64,000 nt of DNA from a bacterium (GTDB lineage Bacteria > UBA8248 > JACPRG01 > G963555815), in NCBI GenBank assembly GCA_965218795.1, contig OZ244653.1, forward strand, positions 5,024,001 through 5,088,000. Direction: 5' to 3'. The notes below the pieces were generated by a model. The model was not told the DNA's origin, did no database searches, and saw only the letters and a list, made by a program, of their open reading frames with translations. Positions 50,284 to 59,792 of the stretch are shown piece by piece. The number at the start of each line of letters is the position of its first letter. Position 1 is the first letter of the stretch. The position numbers and the translations under genes were made by a program.

Positions 50284-50988
50284 ATGAAGGGTGAGAAAAT
50301 CGCCGTGGTCACGGGCGGGAACCGGGGGATTGGGTTTTTCATCTGCCGGGGGCTGGCCGAAAAAGGCGTTCAGGTGGTGCTCACTGCGAGGGGCAAGAAG
50401 GCCGGGGAGGCGGCCCGCGCCAAATTGCGCAAGGAAGGTTTGGATGTTCACTTCATGCGGCTGGACGTGACGGACGAATGGAGCATCCGCAACTTCACGG
50501 GCGATCTGAAGAAGGAATTCGGAGGGCTGGACATTCTCATCAACAACGCCGCGGTCAACATCGATAAGGGCGTTCGCGGACTGGACGCGGACATCGAAAT
50601 CCTTCAAAGGTCGATTGAAACGAACGTCTATGGGCCCCTCGGTCTGTGCCAGGCCCTGATTCCGGTGATGAAGAAGAGGGGAGGGGGGCGAATCGTCAAT
50701 GTGTCCAGCCAGATGGGGACGATGAGCCACATCCGCGGAGGCAATCCGGGCTACCGGATCTCGAAGGCGGCCTTGAACGCCCTGACCCTCATACTGGCAG
50801 ACGAAGTTCGGGACTCGAGCATCCTCGTGAACGCCATGACCCCCGGCTGGGTCCGGACGGAGATGGGCGGCCAATCCGCGCCCCGCTCTCCGGAGGAAGG
50901 CGCGGACACGGCAGTCTGGCTTGCCCTTCAGCCGGATACGGGCCTAACGGGCAAGTTTTTCATGGACCGAAAGGTCGTTTCCTGGTGA
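50284..50988 (+). CDS. SDR oxidoreductase (carbonyl reductase-like)
   Basis: TGGNRGIG, NNAA, YRISK, PGWVRTEMGG. Confidence 0.9.
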   Translation: MKGEKIAVVTGGNRGIGFFICRGLAEKGVQVVLTARGKKAGEAARAKLRKEGLDVHFMRLDVTDEWSIRNFTGDLKKEFGGLDILINNAAVNIDKGVRGLDADIEILQRSIETNVYGPLGLCQALIPVMKKRGGGRIVNVSSQMGTMSHIRGGNPGYRISKAALNALTLILADEVRDSSILVNAMTPGWVRTEMGGQSAPRSPEEGADTAVWLALQPDTGLTGKFFMDRKVVSW

Positions 50989-51033
50989 GCGGTTTCGCAG
51001 CGGACAATCGAAATTCTGGAGGACGGGAAAGAC

Positions 51034-52146
51034 ATGTTCAAATTCTGGCCGGAGAATGAAGACTGGTCCTGGCATCTTTTGCGGACGATTGCCGAGGGGA
51101 ACTACGGGGGCGGAGAGGCGCAGGAGTGCCTGCGGACGGCCGCCCGTATCACGGCGGGCGACAAGGAGAGCTGGCACGTCGAGTGGAAGGCGCAGGCGGA
51201 CCACGTGGCCAATCTGGGCGAGGAAGCCCTGAAACAGGGACGCACGGTGACCGCCCGGGACCATCTCCTGCGGGCCTGCAGCTACTACCGCTGGGCGGAG
51301 TTCTTTCTCCCCGCCGCCGACCCCCGCAGGCTGCCCACCTACCAGCGGTGCATCGACACCTTCCGCCAGGCGGGCCCCTACATCGACCCGCCCCTGGAGC
51401 GGGTGGAGATCCCCTACGGGGACACGGCCCTGCAGGGATACTTCTATGCGGCCAAAGGGGCGTCGGCCGAGAACCCCTCGCCCGGCGCGATTTATATCGC
51501 CGGGGCGGACGTCCTGAAGGAGGAGCTCTACTTCCTGGCGGGACGCGCGCTCATCGAGCGGGGATTCTCTCTTCTTGTGATGGACGGTCCCGGGCAGGGC
51601 GAGACGCTCCGGTTCCAGGAGATCGTCAGTCGTCCCGATTACGAGGTGCCCGCGGCCGCGGCGTTTGACGTTCTGGCCGCTCGGCCCGAGGTGGATGAGA
51701 ACCGGTTGGGCCTGGTCGGCCGCAGCTTCGGCGGGTATTATGCCACCCGCGCGGCGGCCTTCGAAAAGCGGGTCAAGGGGCTGGTGGTGTTCGGGGCCTT
51801 GTTCGAAGCGGTGGAGCTCTACGACGACTATCCGACCATTCGGTTTCAGCTCCAGTGGCTGACGGGTGGAACATCGCCGGAAGACACCCGCGAGCGGTTG
51901 ACGCAATTTTCGCTGCGGCCGGTCATCGGGCAGGTGAGTTGCCCGGTCCTGGTGATCCACGGAGAAGGGGACCACCTGACGCCCGCATCACACGCCCACC
52001 GGACCTTCGACGGTCTGACCGTCGAGGATAAAGGGTTGATCCTGTACGGCAAGGACGAGCCGGGCTCCGTCCACTGCCAGTACAACAGCTTTCCGACGAC
52101 CATTCCGGATTTCTGCGACTGGCTGCTCGAGCGGGTGAACCGCTGA
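51034..52146 (+). CDS. Alpha/beta hydrolase (2,6-dihydroxypseudooxynicotine hydrolase/FrsA-like)
   Basis: DGPGQGE, GRSFGG nucleophile elbow, HGEGD, HC. Confidence 0.8.
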   Translation: MFKFWPENEDWSWHLLRTIAEGNYGGGEAQECLRTAARITAGDKESWHVEWKAQADHVANLGEEALKQGRTVTARDHLLRACSYYRWAEFFLPAADPRRLPTYQRCIDTFRQAGPYIDPPLERVEIPYGDTALQGYFYAAKGASAENPSPGAIYIAGADVLKEELYFLAGRALIERGFSLLVMDGPGQGETLRFQEIVSRPDYEVPAAAAFDVLAARPEVDENRLGLVGRSFGGYYATRAAAFEKRVKGLVVFGALFEAVELYDDYPTIRFQLQWLTGGTSPEDTRERLTQFSLRPVIGQVSCPVLVIHGEGDHLTPASHAHRTFDGLTVEDKGLILYGKDEPGSVHCQYNSFPTTIPDFCDWLLERVNR

Positions 52147-52238
52147 GCGATTTCCAACCCGCTTGAACCTCCTCTTCCGGCTTGACTACGGCAGAGAAGT
52201 TATATTCTGGGAATGGAATCCGTCTCGAGAGCGTGAGC

Positions 52239-53492
52239 ATGAAAACGCGACACATCCTCCACGTGGATCTGGACGCATTCTATGCCTCTGTCGAGCGCCG
52301 GGAGAATCCCGACCTGAGGGGCAAGCCCGTCATCGTCGGGGCCGACCCCAAAGGGGGAAAAGGCCGGGGTGTGATCGCCGCATGCTCCTATGAGGCCAGA
52401 GAATTCGGGCTGCATTCGGCTATGCCCATCGGCCGCGCCTACGCTTTGTGCCCTCACGGGACCTATCTGCCCGTTCGGATGGGATACTACGCCGAGGTGT
52501 CCGCTCAGATCCGAAAAATCTTTCGTGACTATACGGATCTCGTTGAGCCCATCAGCATCGATGAGGCTTTTTTGGACGTCACGGCCAGCCGAAGCCTGTT
52601 CGGCGAGGCCCGCCAAATCGCCATTGCGATCAAGGACCAGATTCGCAGGAAGCAGGAGCTCACTGCTTCGGTGGGGGTCGCCGCGAACAAATTCATCGCC
52701 AAGATTGCCTCGGACCTCGAGAAACCCGACGGCCTGGTGGAGGTCGCGGCTGGACAGGAGCTGGATTTCCTCGCCCCGCTTCCCATCTCCAGGCTTTGGG
52801 GGGTGGGACGGAAGACCGAGCCGAGACTTCGCGCCCTCGGCGTGAAGACCATCGGAGATCTCCGGGCCGTCCCGCCGGGAACGCTGAAAGCGAACTTCGG
52901 GGTCATCGGAGAGCACCTGTACGAGCTGTCGTTCGGCCGGGACGACAGGGAGGTCACGCCCGAGTCCAAGCCGAAGTCCATCGGGAGCGAAACCACGTAT
53001 TCCGAGGACGAGGCGAACCCGAACGTTCTGCGCAAGACCCTTCTTGGACTCTCCGAGGAAGTCGGCTCACGCCTCCGGGCCGACGAATTTCGTGGAAAGA
53101 CGGTGACGCTCAAGTTCCGCTACGAGGATTTCTCCACCCACACCCGCTCGCACACCCTCGCCGAATCCACGGACGTGGAAGGGGAGATCTATGAGACGGC
53201 CGTGATGCTTTTGGAGGATTTCCTGCCGCTGGATGGGAGGATGGTGCGTCTGCTCGGGGTCTCGGTCTCCAACCTGGAGAGCGAGACCGCGCCCTCTCAG
53301 CTCTCGCTGTTTGCCGGAAGGCCCAAAGAGACGACCCGGCGAAGCGCCCCGTCCAGCGAGGCCCGCCGGAAGGCCGCCGAGGCCGTGGACCGCCTGCGGG
53401 GGAAGTTCGGCCGGCAGTCCGTGACGCTGGGAACCCTGGTCGAAAAGCCCCGGGAGGACGAAGACCGAATGCCGCTGGATGAAGATCGCTGA
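52239..53492 (+). CDS. dinB: DNA polymerase IV
   Basis: HVDLDAFYASVE, SYEAR, SIDEAFLD, AKIASD, KSIGSE. Confidence 0.93.
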   Translation: MKTRHILHVDLDAFYASVERRENPDLRGKPVIVGADPKGGKGRGVIAACSYEAREFGLHSAMPIGRAYALCPHGTYLPVRMGYYAEVSAQIRKIFRDYTDLVEPISIDEAFLDVTASRSLFGEARQIAIAIKDQIRRKQELTASVGVAANKFIAKIASDLEKPDGLVEVAAGQELDFLAPLPISRLWGVGRKTEPRLRALGVKTIGDLRAVPPGTLKANFGVIGEHLYELSFGRDDREVTPESKPKSIGSETTYSEDEANPNVLRKTLLGLSEEVGSRLRADEFRGKTVTLKFRYEDFSTHTRSHTLAESTDVEGEIYETAVMLLEDFLPLDGRMVRLLGVSVSNLESETAPSQLSLFAGRPKETTRRSAPSSEARRKAAEAVDRLRGKFGRQSVTLGTLVEKPREDEDRMPLDEDR

Positions 53493-53647
53493 GGAGGAAG
53501 CGTGGAGACTTTCCTCGGAAGGTGTTTCACATGCCGGCCCAATCGCCATTCCGGGGTGAAGAGGGCGCGACCTCTCATTTCAGCGTTGACGGGTCTTGGG
53601 TCGATGACTCTTGGGTCGATGGCCCTCTCCCCGGGTTCGAGAAATCG

Positions 53648-54427
53648 TCAGTCCCACTTCCTTCCAGGCATGTGATTGAAGATGCTCTTGGTCAGTCCCC
53701 CGTCGATGTCCAGCCGGGTCGCCGTGACGTAGTCGGCCTCGTCCGAGAGCAGGTACAGGATCCCGTGAGCGATGTCCTCGGGCTGCCCGACGCGGCCCCA
53801 GGGGGTTGCCTCCTCGCGGCCCTTGCGGATTTCGGGAACCTGGAGGTAGGCGGTCAGCGGCGTCTCGGTGTGACCGGGACACACGACGTTCACCCGGATC
53901 TTCTTGCGGGCCCACTCCAGGGCGAGCTGCTCGGACAGCATGATGATCCCCGCCTTGACCGTGCTGTACGCCCCCGACATGGAGTACGGCGCGATGCCGG
54001 CATTGGAGGACAGGTTGACGATGGCGCCGGGCCGCCCGTGTTCGATCATCCACCGTCCCGAGGCTTGGCACATGAGGAACATCCCGGTGAGCCCGATGTC
54101 CACGACCAGCTTCCAGCTTTCGAGTGGCAAATCGAGGAGCGGCCCAGGGTCCATTTTGATGGCGCAGTTGACCAGAGCGTCCAGGCCGCCGAATTCCGAG
54201 GCCGACCGGTCCACCGCGGCCCGGCAGTCTTCGGGATTCGTAACGTCCAGGCTCTGAAAAACGGCCGTTCCGGCCCCGAGCCTCCCCGCCAACTCCTGTC
54301 CGAGATCCTGATTCACGTCGCCGATGACGACGCGCCCCCCCTCCGCCGCGAACATCTCCGCGGTCTTGACGCCGATCCCGCGCGCCCCCCCCGCGATCAG
54401 GCAGACCTTGCCGTCAAACCGGCCCAT
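53648..54427 (-). CDS. SDR oxidoreductase
   Basis: GGARGIG, YSTVK, VNVVCPG, DGG. Confidence 0.88.
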   Translation of the reverse strand: MGRFDGKVCLIAGGARGIGVKTAEMFAAEGGRVVIGDVNQDLGQELAGRLGAGTAVFQSLDVTNPEDCRAAVDRSASEFGGLDALVNCAIKMDPGPLLDLPLESWKLVVDIGLTGMFLMCQASGRWMIEHGRPGAIVNLSSNAGIAPYSMSGAYSTVKAGIIMLSEQLALEWARKKIRVNVVCPGHTETPLTAYLQVPEIRKGREEATPWGRVGQPEDIAHGILYLLSDEADYVTATRLDIDGGLTKSIFNHMPGRKWD

Positions 54428-54621
54428 GGCTTTTTCTCCCTTTCTTCATCTGTTACAAGTTTGAATTCCGCGGCGTGGGACCGGCCACCAGCGGGCTCCC
54501 ATACCGCCCGCGGGCAGGGCGAGCTCCGGTCGGCCGTGAAGAGTTTTTCACAGGGTGATGGTCGGCGCGCAAGCGCCCAGAAAAGTCCCCCTGCATGGAG
54601 GGATTGCTCTCTCTTTTCCCG

Positions 54622-55038
54622 TTACGAACCGCCCTCTTGATATTCAATGGATTTGCCGCCCCACTTCCTTCCCGGTGTGTGGATCATCTTGCTTTCCACT
54701 TGACCGCCGTCCACGGGCAGGTTGGCCGCCGTGATGAATCGGGCTCGGTCCGACAGGAGAAAGACGCAGACCTCGGCGATCTCCTCGGGTTTTCCGACGC
54801 GCCCCATCGGGACGACCGCCGCCCGGCCCGCGGCGATCTCCAGGTCCTGGAACATGGCCTCGGTCATGGGAGTGCGAACCTGACCGGGCGATACGGTGTT
54901 CGCCCGTACGCCCCGGTCTCCGGATCGATGTCCGCAACGGCCACGTCCGCGCCCTCGCGGGCGGCCAGGACGCATGTTGCGCGGCCGATGCCGCTGCCCC
55001 CACCGGTGACGATGATTTTCTTGCCATCGAGCATCATG
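54622..55038 (-). pseudogene. SDR with a large internal deletion and frameshift at about 54912
   Basis: N-terminal TGGGSGIG...VADID is joined out of frame to C-terminal GVRANTVSPG...VDGG; YxxxK core absent. Confidence 0.75.
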
Positions 55039-55361
55039 CGGCTTCTCCTCTGCCGGCCGAGGAACCGGATCGATCGGGGCAATGTCCCGATGGAAACAAT
55101 CCGAGAGATTCAAATACGAACCGGCCGTCGGGTCAACCGTTCTTCATCCTCGGTGATCCTCGGTTTTGGGGATAGCGCTCTGGAGGAACATTTTGGAGGC
55201 AACGCGCTTCTGCGATTTGGCGGCGCCCGGAGGCGCCGCACCCGCGCTCAGCAAGAGCATCGGATATTGACAACTCATATGCGCGGCGAAAACGGAGCAG
55301 GCCGTGCCTGCCCCCGGACCCTCCTCTCACCTTTACGATTCTCTTGATGAGAAATCCGGGG

Positions 55362-56492
55362 TCAAGGCGAATCGTCGCGCTCGATCCATCCGCCGCCCAG
55401 AATCTCGTCGTCCCGGTAGAAGACGGCGGCTTGACCGGGCGCGATGCCGCGCTCGGGCTCGGCGAACGCGACGCGGGCGCGGGCGCCGTCAAGGGGATCA
55501 ATCCGCGCTGGACGGGGATTGTGGCGATGGCGGATCCGGACGTCGGCGGAGATTCCGGAGGTCTTCGCGTCTTCCGGGAGAGGGACGATCCAGTTGGTCT
55601 CTCCGGTCATGAACTCCGTCCGACCCAACTCCTCCTCGTGACCGACGACCACCCGGTTGCCGGGCGGATCCACCTGTAGGACGTAGTACGGTTTCGGCGC
55701 GGCAATGCCCAGGCCCCGCCGCTGGCCCACGGTGTACTTGGGGAGGCCGGCGTGCTCCCCCAGCACCCGGCCCGAGGTGTCGACGATCTCACCAGGCGTG
55801 AACGCTTCGCCGGTCTGTCTCTGGATGAAGTCGGAGTAGGTCTCGCCGGAGACGAAGCAGATGTCCTGGCTTTCGGGCTTGTCCGCCGTCTTCAGGCCGA
55901 GGCCGCGCGCGCGCTTCCGCACCTCGTCCTTGGTGAGGTCACCGACCGGGAAGAGCGCCTTCGCCAACTGGTCCTGGGTCAGGCTGAAAAGGAAATAGCT
56001 TTGGTCCTTGGCGCTGTCCCGCCCGCGGTAGAGGGCGTAGCGGTTCTCCTCTTCCAGCCATTCGACGCGCGCATAATGGCCGGTCGCGACCTTTTCCGCC
56101 TTCAGCTCTTCGGCCCGTCGCAGGAGGTGATCGAACTTGAACCGTTGATTGCACAGGACGCAGGGGCTTGGAGTCCTGCCGGACTGGTATTCCCGAATGA
56201 AGACGTCGACGACTTCGTCCTGGAACTGATCCTGGAAATTCTGAAGGTAGTAGGGAATGCCCAGCCTGGAAGCCACGGACCGGGCGTCCATCACGTCGAA
56301 CGGGGAGCAGCAGGAGTCGAAGCTCTCCTTGGCCTCCGAATAGTCCCAGAGCTGCATCCCGACGCCGATGGCGTCCCAGCCCTCCTCGGCCAGGATGGCC
56401 GCGGCAACGGAGCTGTCCACACCGCCGCTCATCGCGATGACGACGCGTGTGCCTCTGACGGTCTCGATTTTGGCTGATTCTGTCATGCTCAT
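55362..56492 (-). CDS. mnmA: tRNA-specific 2-thiouridylase
   Basis: AMSGGVDSSV, PCVLCN, ATGHYA, KDQSYF, SQDICF, PGQAAVFY. Confidence 0.95.
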   Translation of the reverse strand: MSMTESAKIETVRGTRVVIAMSGGVDSSVAAAILAEEGWDAIGVGMQLWDYSEAKESFDSCCSPFDVMDARSVASRLGIPYYLQNFQDQFQDEVVDVFIREYQSGRTPSPCVLCNQRFKFDHLLRRAEELKAEKVATGHYARVEWLEEENRYALYRGRDSAKDQSYFLFSLTQDQLAKALFPVGDLTKDEVRKRARGLGLKTADKPESQDICFVSGETYSDFIQRQTGEAFTPGEIVDTSGRVLGEHAGLPKYTVGQRRGLGIAAPKPYYVLQVDPPGNRVVVGHEEELGRTEFMTGETNWIVPLPEDAKTSGISADVRIRHRHNPRPARIDPLDGARARVAFAEPERGIAPGQAAVFYRDDEILGGGWIERDDSP

Positions 56493-56508
56493 GACCGGGT
56501 CATCAATC

Positions 56509-56670
56509 TGTATGACCAGGCTTCTTTCCTCACAGGTCGGATAAACTTCCTGACCGTGTCGATGGGTCGGCCGCCCATGTTGCCACAGCCCCGATGTGGA
56601 CGCTCGGTGTTGTAGAACTCGACGAGGCGTCTCGACGAGGCGTCTTCAGGTACGCGTTCAGGTCCTTCTC
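56509..56670 (-). mobile_element. IS481-like transposase 3' remnant
   Basis: KDLNAYL / EFYNTERPHRGCGNMGGRPIDTV; ends in ACA; 13-bp tandem duplication at 56618-56643. Confidence 0.55.
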
Positions 56671-56691
56671 TCGCGGCCCGTCCCGTGCTGC

Positions 56692-56888
56692 CTGGATTCC
56701 TGCTGGAGCCTGTCCTCGAAGGCTTTTATCAGGGGCGGGAATGACGAAACAGCGTCACGCAACCCCACCCATCCGTCATTCCCGCTGGCCTGCCCCGAAT
56801 TTCTTAAGTCGGGGGCGGGAATCCACCTTCTCTGCCGTTGCCACGGCTCCTCCCCTCTGTCCCCCGACGAAGACATTCGAGGGCAGGC
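56692..56888. repeat. REP-like GTCATTCCCG...GGGAATCC palindrome cluster
   Basis: Inverted copies at 56692-56746 and 56774-56825; related copies at 18907, 62651, 62704, 63011. Confidence 0.7.
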
Positions 56889-57029
56889 ATCCGGGGGGAC
56901 TCGTTTCCCCTTTGCAAGACATCATTTATTCGGGAAGATGCCTGGTCGTACAATATAATGGGTTGTACAAGAGCGCAAACGCTCCCCGCAACATCTTGAC
57001 ATCTTTGACGTTATCGGGCGTCGTCCGAG

Positions 57030-57216
57030 TTCTCCACCAATTTTGTGGAAAACTTGCGGAAAAAGCCGTGTGTAGTTTTCCTCAAGGGTTGTTGTTCGTT
57101 GGTTCCGGCGAATTGCACAATTATTGTTCAATGTAGTAAAGATTTAAAAACCAAAGAGTTATAAAATTACCCCAAAATTCCGATTTTGTGACGGCTGCGT
57201 GAACCGTTTTTCCACA
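57030..57216. promoter_or_regulatory. DnaA-box cluster around an AT-rich tract (oriC-like or DnaA-binding locus)
   Basis: TTTTCCACA at 57044-57052 (-) and 57208-57216 (+); one-mismatch boxes at 57055-57063 and 57076-57084; AT-rich 57110-57190. Confidence 0.45.
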
Positions 57217-57221
57217 GTTTA

Positions 57222-57257
57222 TGGGGCTTGACGGCGACGGTCCGCCGTCAAGCCCCA
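57222..57257. terminator. 15-bp perfect hairpin downstream of leuA
   Basis: TGGGGCTTGACGGCG-ACGGTC-CGCCGTCAAGCCCCA; no strong U-tract. Confidence 0.5.
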
Positions 57258-57320
57258 TTCTGCGAGGGTTTCCAGACCTTTCCTTTTTGATCGATGCAAG
57301 GTCAGGCTGTGGACGCCCCA

Positions 57321-58835
57321 TCACACCGAGGCGAGGTGCTTGTTCAGGGCGTTCAGATAGGCCTTGGCGCTGGCCTCGATGATGTCCGTGCTGGCGCCCT
57401 TTCCCGCGATCACTTTGCCCCCGACGTCCAGTTTCACGAAGGCCTCGCCCAGGGCTTCCTTTCCTCGGGTGACTGACTGGACCTGATAATCCGAGATGGA
57501 CACGGGCACCTGCGTGATCCTGCCAATGGCGTTGAAAACGGCGTCTACAGGTCCATCTCCATTGCCTGATTCCATCAGCTCCCGTTCACCGTCGAGCAGC
57601 TTCACCGTGGCGGTTGGAATCGTCTGGCTTCCGCTTGTGACATGCAGGTACTTCAGGCGGAAGCGCTCCGCGTGGACCCTCAGCTCGTCATCCAGGATCG
57701 CCACGAGGTCTTCGTCGAAGACCTCCTTCTTCTTGTCGGCGACCTTCAGAAAGCGCGGATAAATCTCGCCGAGTTGTTCCTTGGAGAGGTTGTACCCCAG
57801 CTCCTGGTAGCGCTTGCCGATGCCGTGCCGCCCGGAGTGCTTCCCCAGCACCAGGGTGCTGTCGTGCCGGCCGACGGACTCGGGCGTCATGATCTCGTAC
57901 GTCAAGGCCTGCTGGATGACGCCGTGCTGGTGGATGCCGGCCTCATGGGCGAAGGCGTTTTTCCCTACAACCGCCTTGTTCCGGGGGATGCCGAGGCCCG
58001 TGATGCTGCTCAGCAGGCGGCTTGTCTTGTAGAGCTCCTGCGAATGGATCCTCGTGTAATAGGGGAGGAAATCCGAGCGGGTCTGGATGGCCATGACGAA
58101 CTCCTCCAGGGAGGCGTTGCCGGCCCGCTCGCCGATGCCGTTGATCGTGCATTCCACCTGCCGTACGCCCGCCTGGACGGACGCCAGGCTGTTGGCCACG
58201 GCCAGGCCCAGATCGTTGTGGCAGTGCGCGCTGAAGATGACCCCGTCCCGGTGGGGCACCCGCTCCATCATGTACCGCCAACGCTGGGTGGTCTCCTCCG
58301 GGATGGAATACCCCGTCGTGTCCGGCACGTTGACCACCTGGGCGCCGGCGTCCACGACGGCCCGGATGACTTCGCAAAGGAAGTCCAGCTCCGAACGCGA
58401 GGCGTCCTCCGGCGAGAACTCGAGCGTCGCCCGGGGACATTCCTTGAGGATGTACTTGACCGCGCTCACCGCTTCTTCGAGGACTTCCTCCCGGGTCATC
58501 TTGAGCTTGTGCTCCAGGTGGATGTCGGAGGTTGCGATAAAGGTGTGGATGCGGGGATCGGCCGCGTCCTTGATGGCGTCCCACGCCCGGTCGATGTCGG
58601 CCTTCTTGGTCCGGGTCAGGGCGCACACCTGGCAGCCCTTGACGTGACGCGCCACCTCGCGGACGGCCTCGAACTCGCCCTCGGAGGCGATGGGGAACCC
58701 GGCCTCGATGACATCCACCCCGAGCCTTTCGAGCTGGAGAGCGAGCTCGAACTTCTCGTTCAAGTCCATGCTTGCGCCCGGTGACTGCTCTCCGTCTCGC
58801 AGGGTGGTGTCGAAGATGAAGACCTGGTCTGCCAT
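57321..58835 (-). CDS. leuA: 2-isopropylmalate synthase
   Basis: FDTTLRDGEQ, HCHNDLG, GIGERAGN, HEAGIHQ, GDGPVDA; GGAGG RBS. Confidence 0.95.
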   Translation of the reverse strand: MADQVFIFDTTLRDGEQSPGASMDLNEKFELALQLERLGVDVIEAGFPIASEGEFEAVREVARHVKGCQVCALTRTKKADIDRAWDAIKDAADPRIHTFIATSDIHLEHKLKMTREEVLEEAVSAVKYILKECPRATLEFSPEDASRSELDFLCEVIRAVVDAGAQVVNVPDTTGYSIPEETTQRWRYMMERVPHRDGVIFSAHCHNDLGLAVANSLASVQAGVRQVECTINGIGERAGNASLEEFVMAIQTRSDFLPYYTRIHSQELYKTSRLLSSITGLGIPRNKAVVGKNAFAHEAGIHQHGVIQQALTYEIMTPESVGRHDSTLVLGKHSGRHGIGKRYQELGYNLSKEQLGEIYPRFLKVADKKKEVFDEDLVAILDDELRVHAERFRLKYLHVTSGSQTIPTATVKLLDGERELMESGNGDGPVDAVFNAIGRITQVPVSISDYQVQSVTRGKEALGEAFVKLDVGGKVIAGKGASTDIIEASAKAYLNALNKHLASV

Positions 58836-58913
58836 GACCTCCTCCCGGGGCGAACGGAATCGCCCGCTGGGGCCCGCCCTGGCGATGCCGGCCGTGCAAG
58901 AGCCTTGCACGGC

Positions 58914-58946
58914 CCCTCACCCCGGCCCTCTCTCCGAGGGAGAGGG
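58914..58946 (+). repeat. CCCTCACCCC..CTCTCC..GGGAGAGGG REP-like unit
   Basis: Second copy inverted at 63120-63152. Confidence 0.6.
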
Positions 58947-59000
58947 AGCAAGATGCGGGCCCGTGAACCAAAACAACCTGTTTTGCAACAGGTTGGGAGT

Positions 59001-59029
59001 TATATAACGGCGCCCCCAAGGCTTGTCAA
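59001..59029 (-). promoter_or_regulatory. Sigma70-type promoter upstream of leuA
   Basis: TTGACA-17 nt-TATATA on the minus strand. Confidence 0.6.
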
Positions 59030-59277
59030 TTCTACAGTGTTCGGAAGGTCCGAAGCGGCAGAACCGTTTGAAAAGGCAACTGCCATGGGCCGGCGCCGAA
59101 AGGAAAATCCGCACGAAGCATACCGGCCCATGGTGAGGCGTATCCGGGAGGAAATCCGGTGACATGAGATGATGACCTTTGGAAAGTGTAAGATGAAAGG
59201 GCGGGCTTCCAGCCCGCCTTCCGATGGCGGCCAGGATGGCCGCCCTGCCCTCTGAATGTTTCGGGGGAAGGAATCGC

Positions 59278-59721
59278 ATGAGGATTCTGGTCATTCAAGG
59301 GGCCAATATGAACCTCCTGGGCGCTCGCGATCCGGAGTTGTACGGGAGCCGGCCGGCCGAGGATATCGACGAAATGATCCGCCGGCACGCCGCGGGGCGA
59401 GACGTTGAAGTGGACATCCGCTATACGAACCGCGAGGGCGAGTGCATCGACTGGATCCAGGAGGCTTCCGAGGGCGGCTGGGACGGGCTGGTCATGAATC
59501 CGGGCGGCTTCACCCGCGCGTCCCCGGTCATCGGAGAGACGCTGGAGGCGGCGGGCATCCCCTACGTCGAGGTGCACATGAAGAATCTCGAAGCCCACGG
59601 CGGAAGGTCGGTCCTGGCCGAACACGCGGTCGGCGTGGTGATGGGGTTCCGGGCGAAGGGATACGGCTACGCCCTGGACGCGCTCTGCGACTGGCTGGAG
59701 GAGAACCGGAGGGGAGATTGA
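59278..59721 (+). CDS. aroQ: Type II 3-dehydroquinate dehydratase (divergent)
   Basis: GANMNLLGARDPELYG, NREG, NPGGFT, EVHMKN, GY. Confidence 0.8.
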   Translation: MRILVIQGANMNLLGARDPELYGSRPAEDIDEMIRRHAAGRDVEVDIRYTNREGECIDWIQEASEGGWDGLVMNPGGFTRASPVIGETLEAAGIPYVEVHMKNLEAHGGRSVLAEHAVGVVMGFRAKGYGYALDALCDWLEENRRGD

Positions 59722-59792
59722 CTCGGCTGTCCCTTCACTGAATGGGCGCACGGCCGGGCGACATCGCGGAGACCAAGCGGTCCTTCCGCTTT

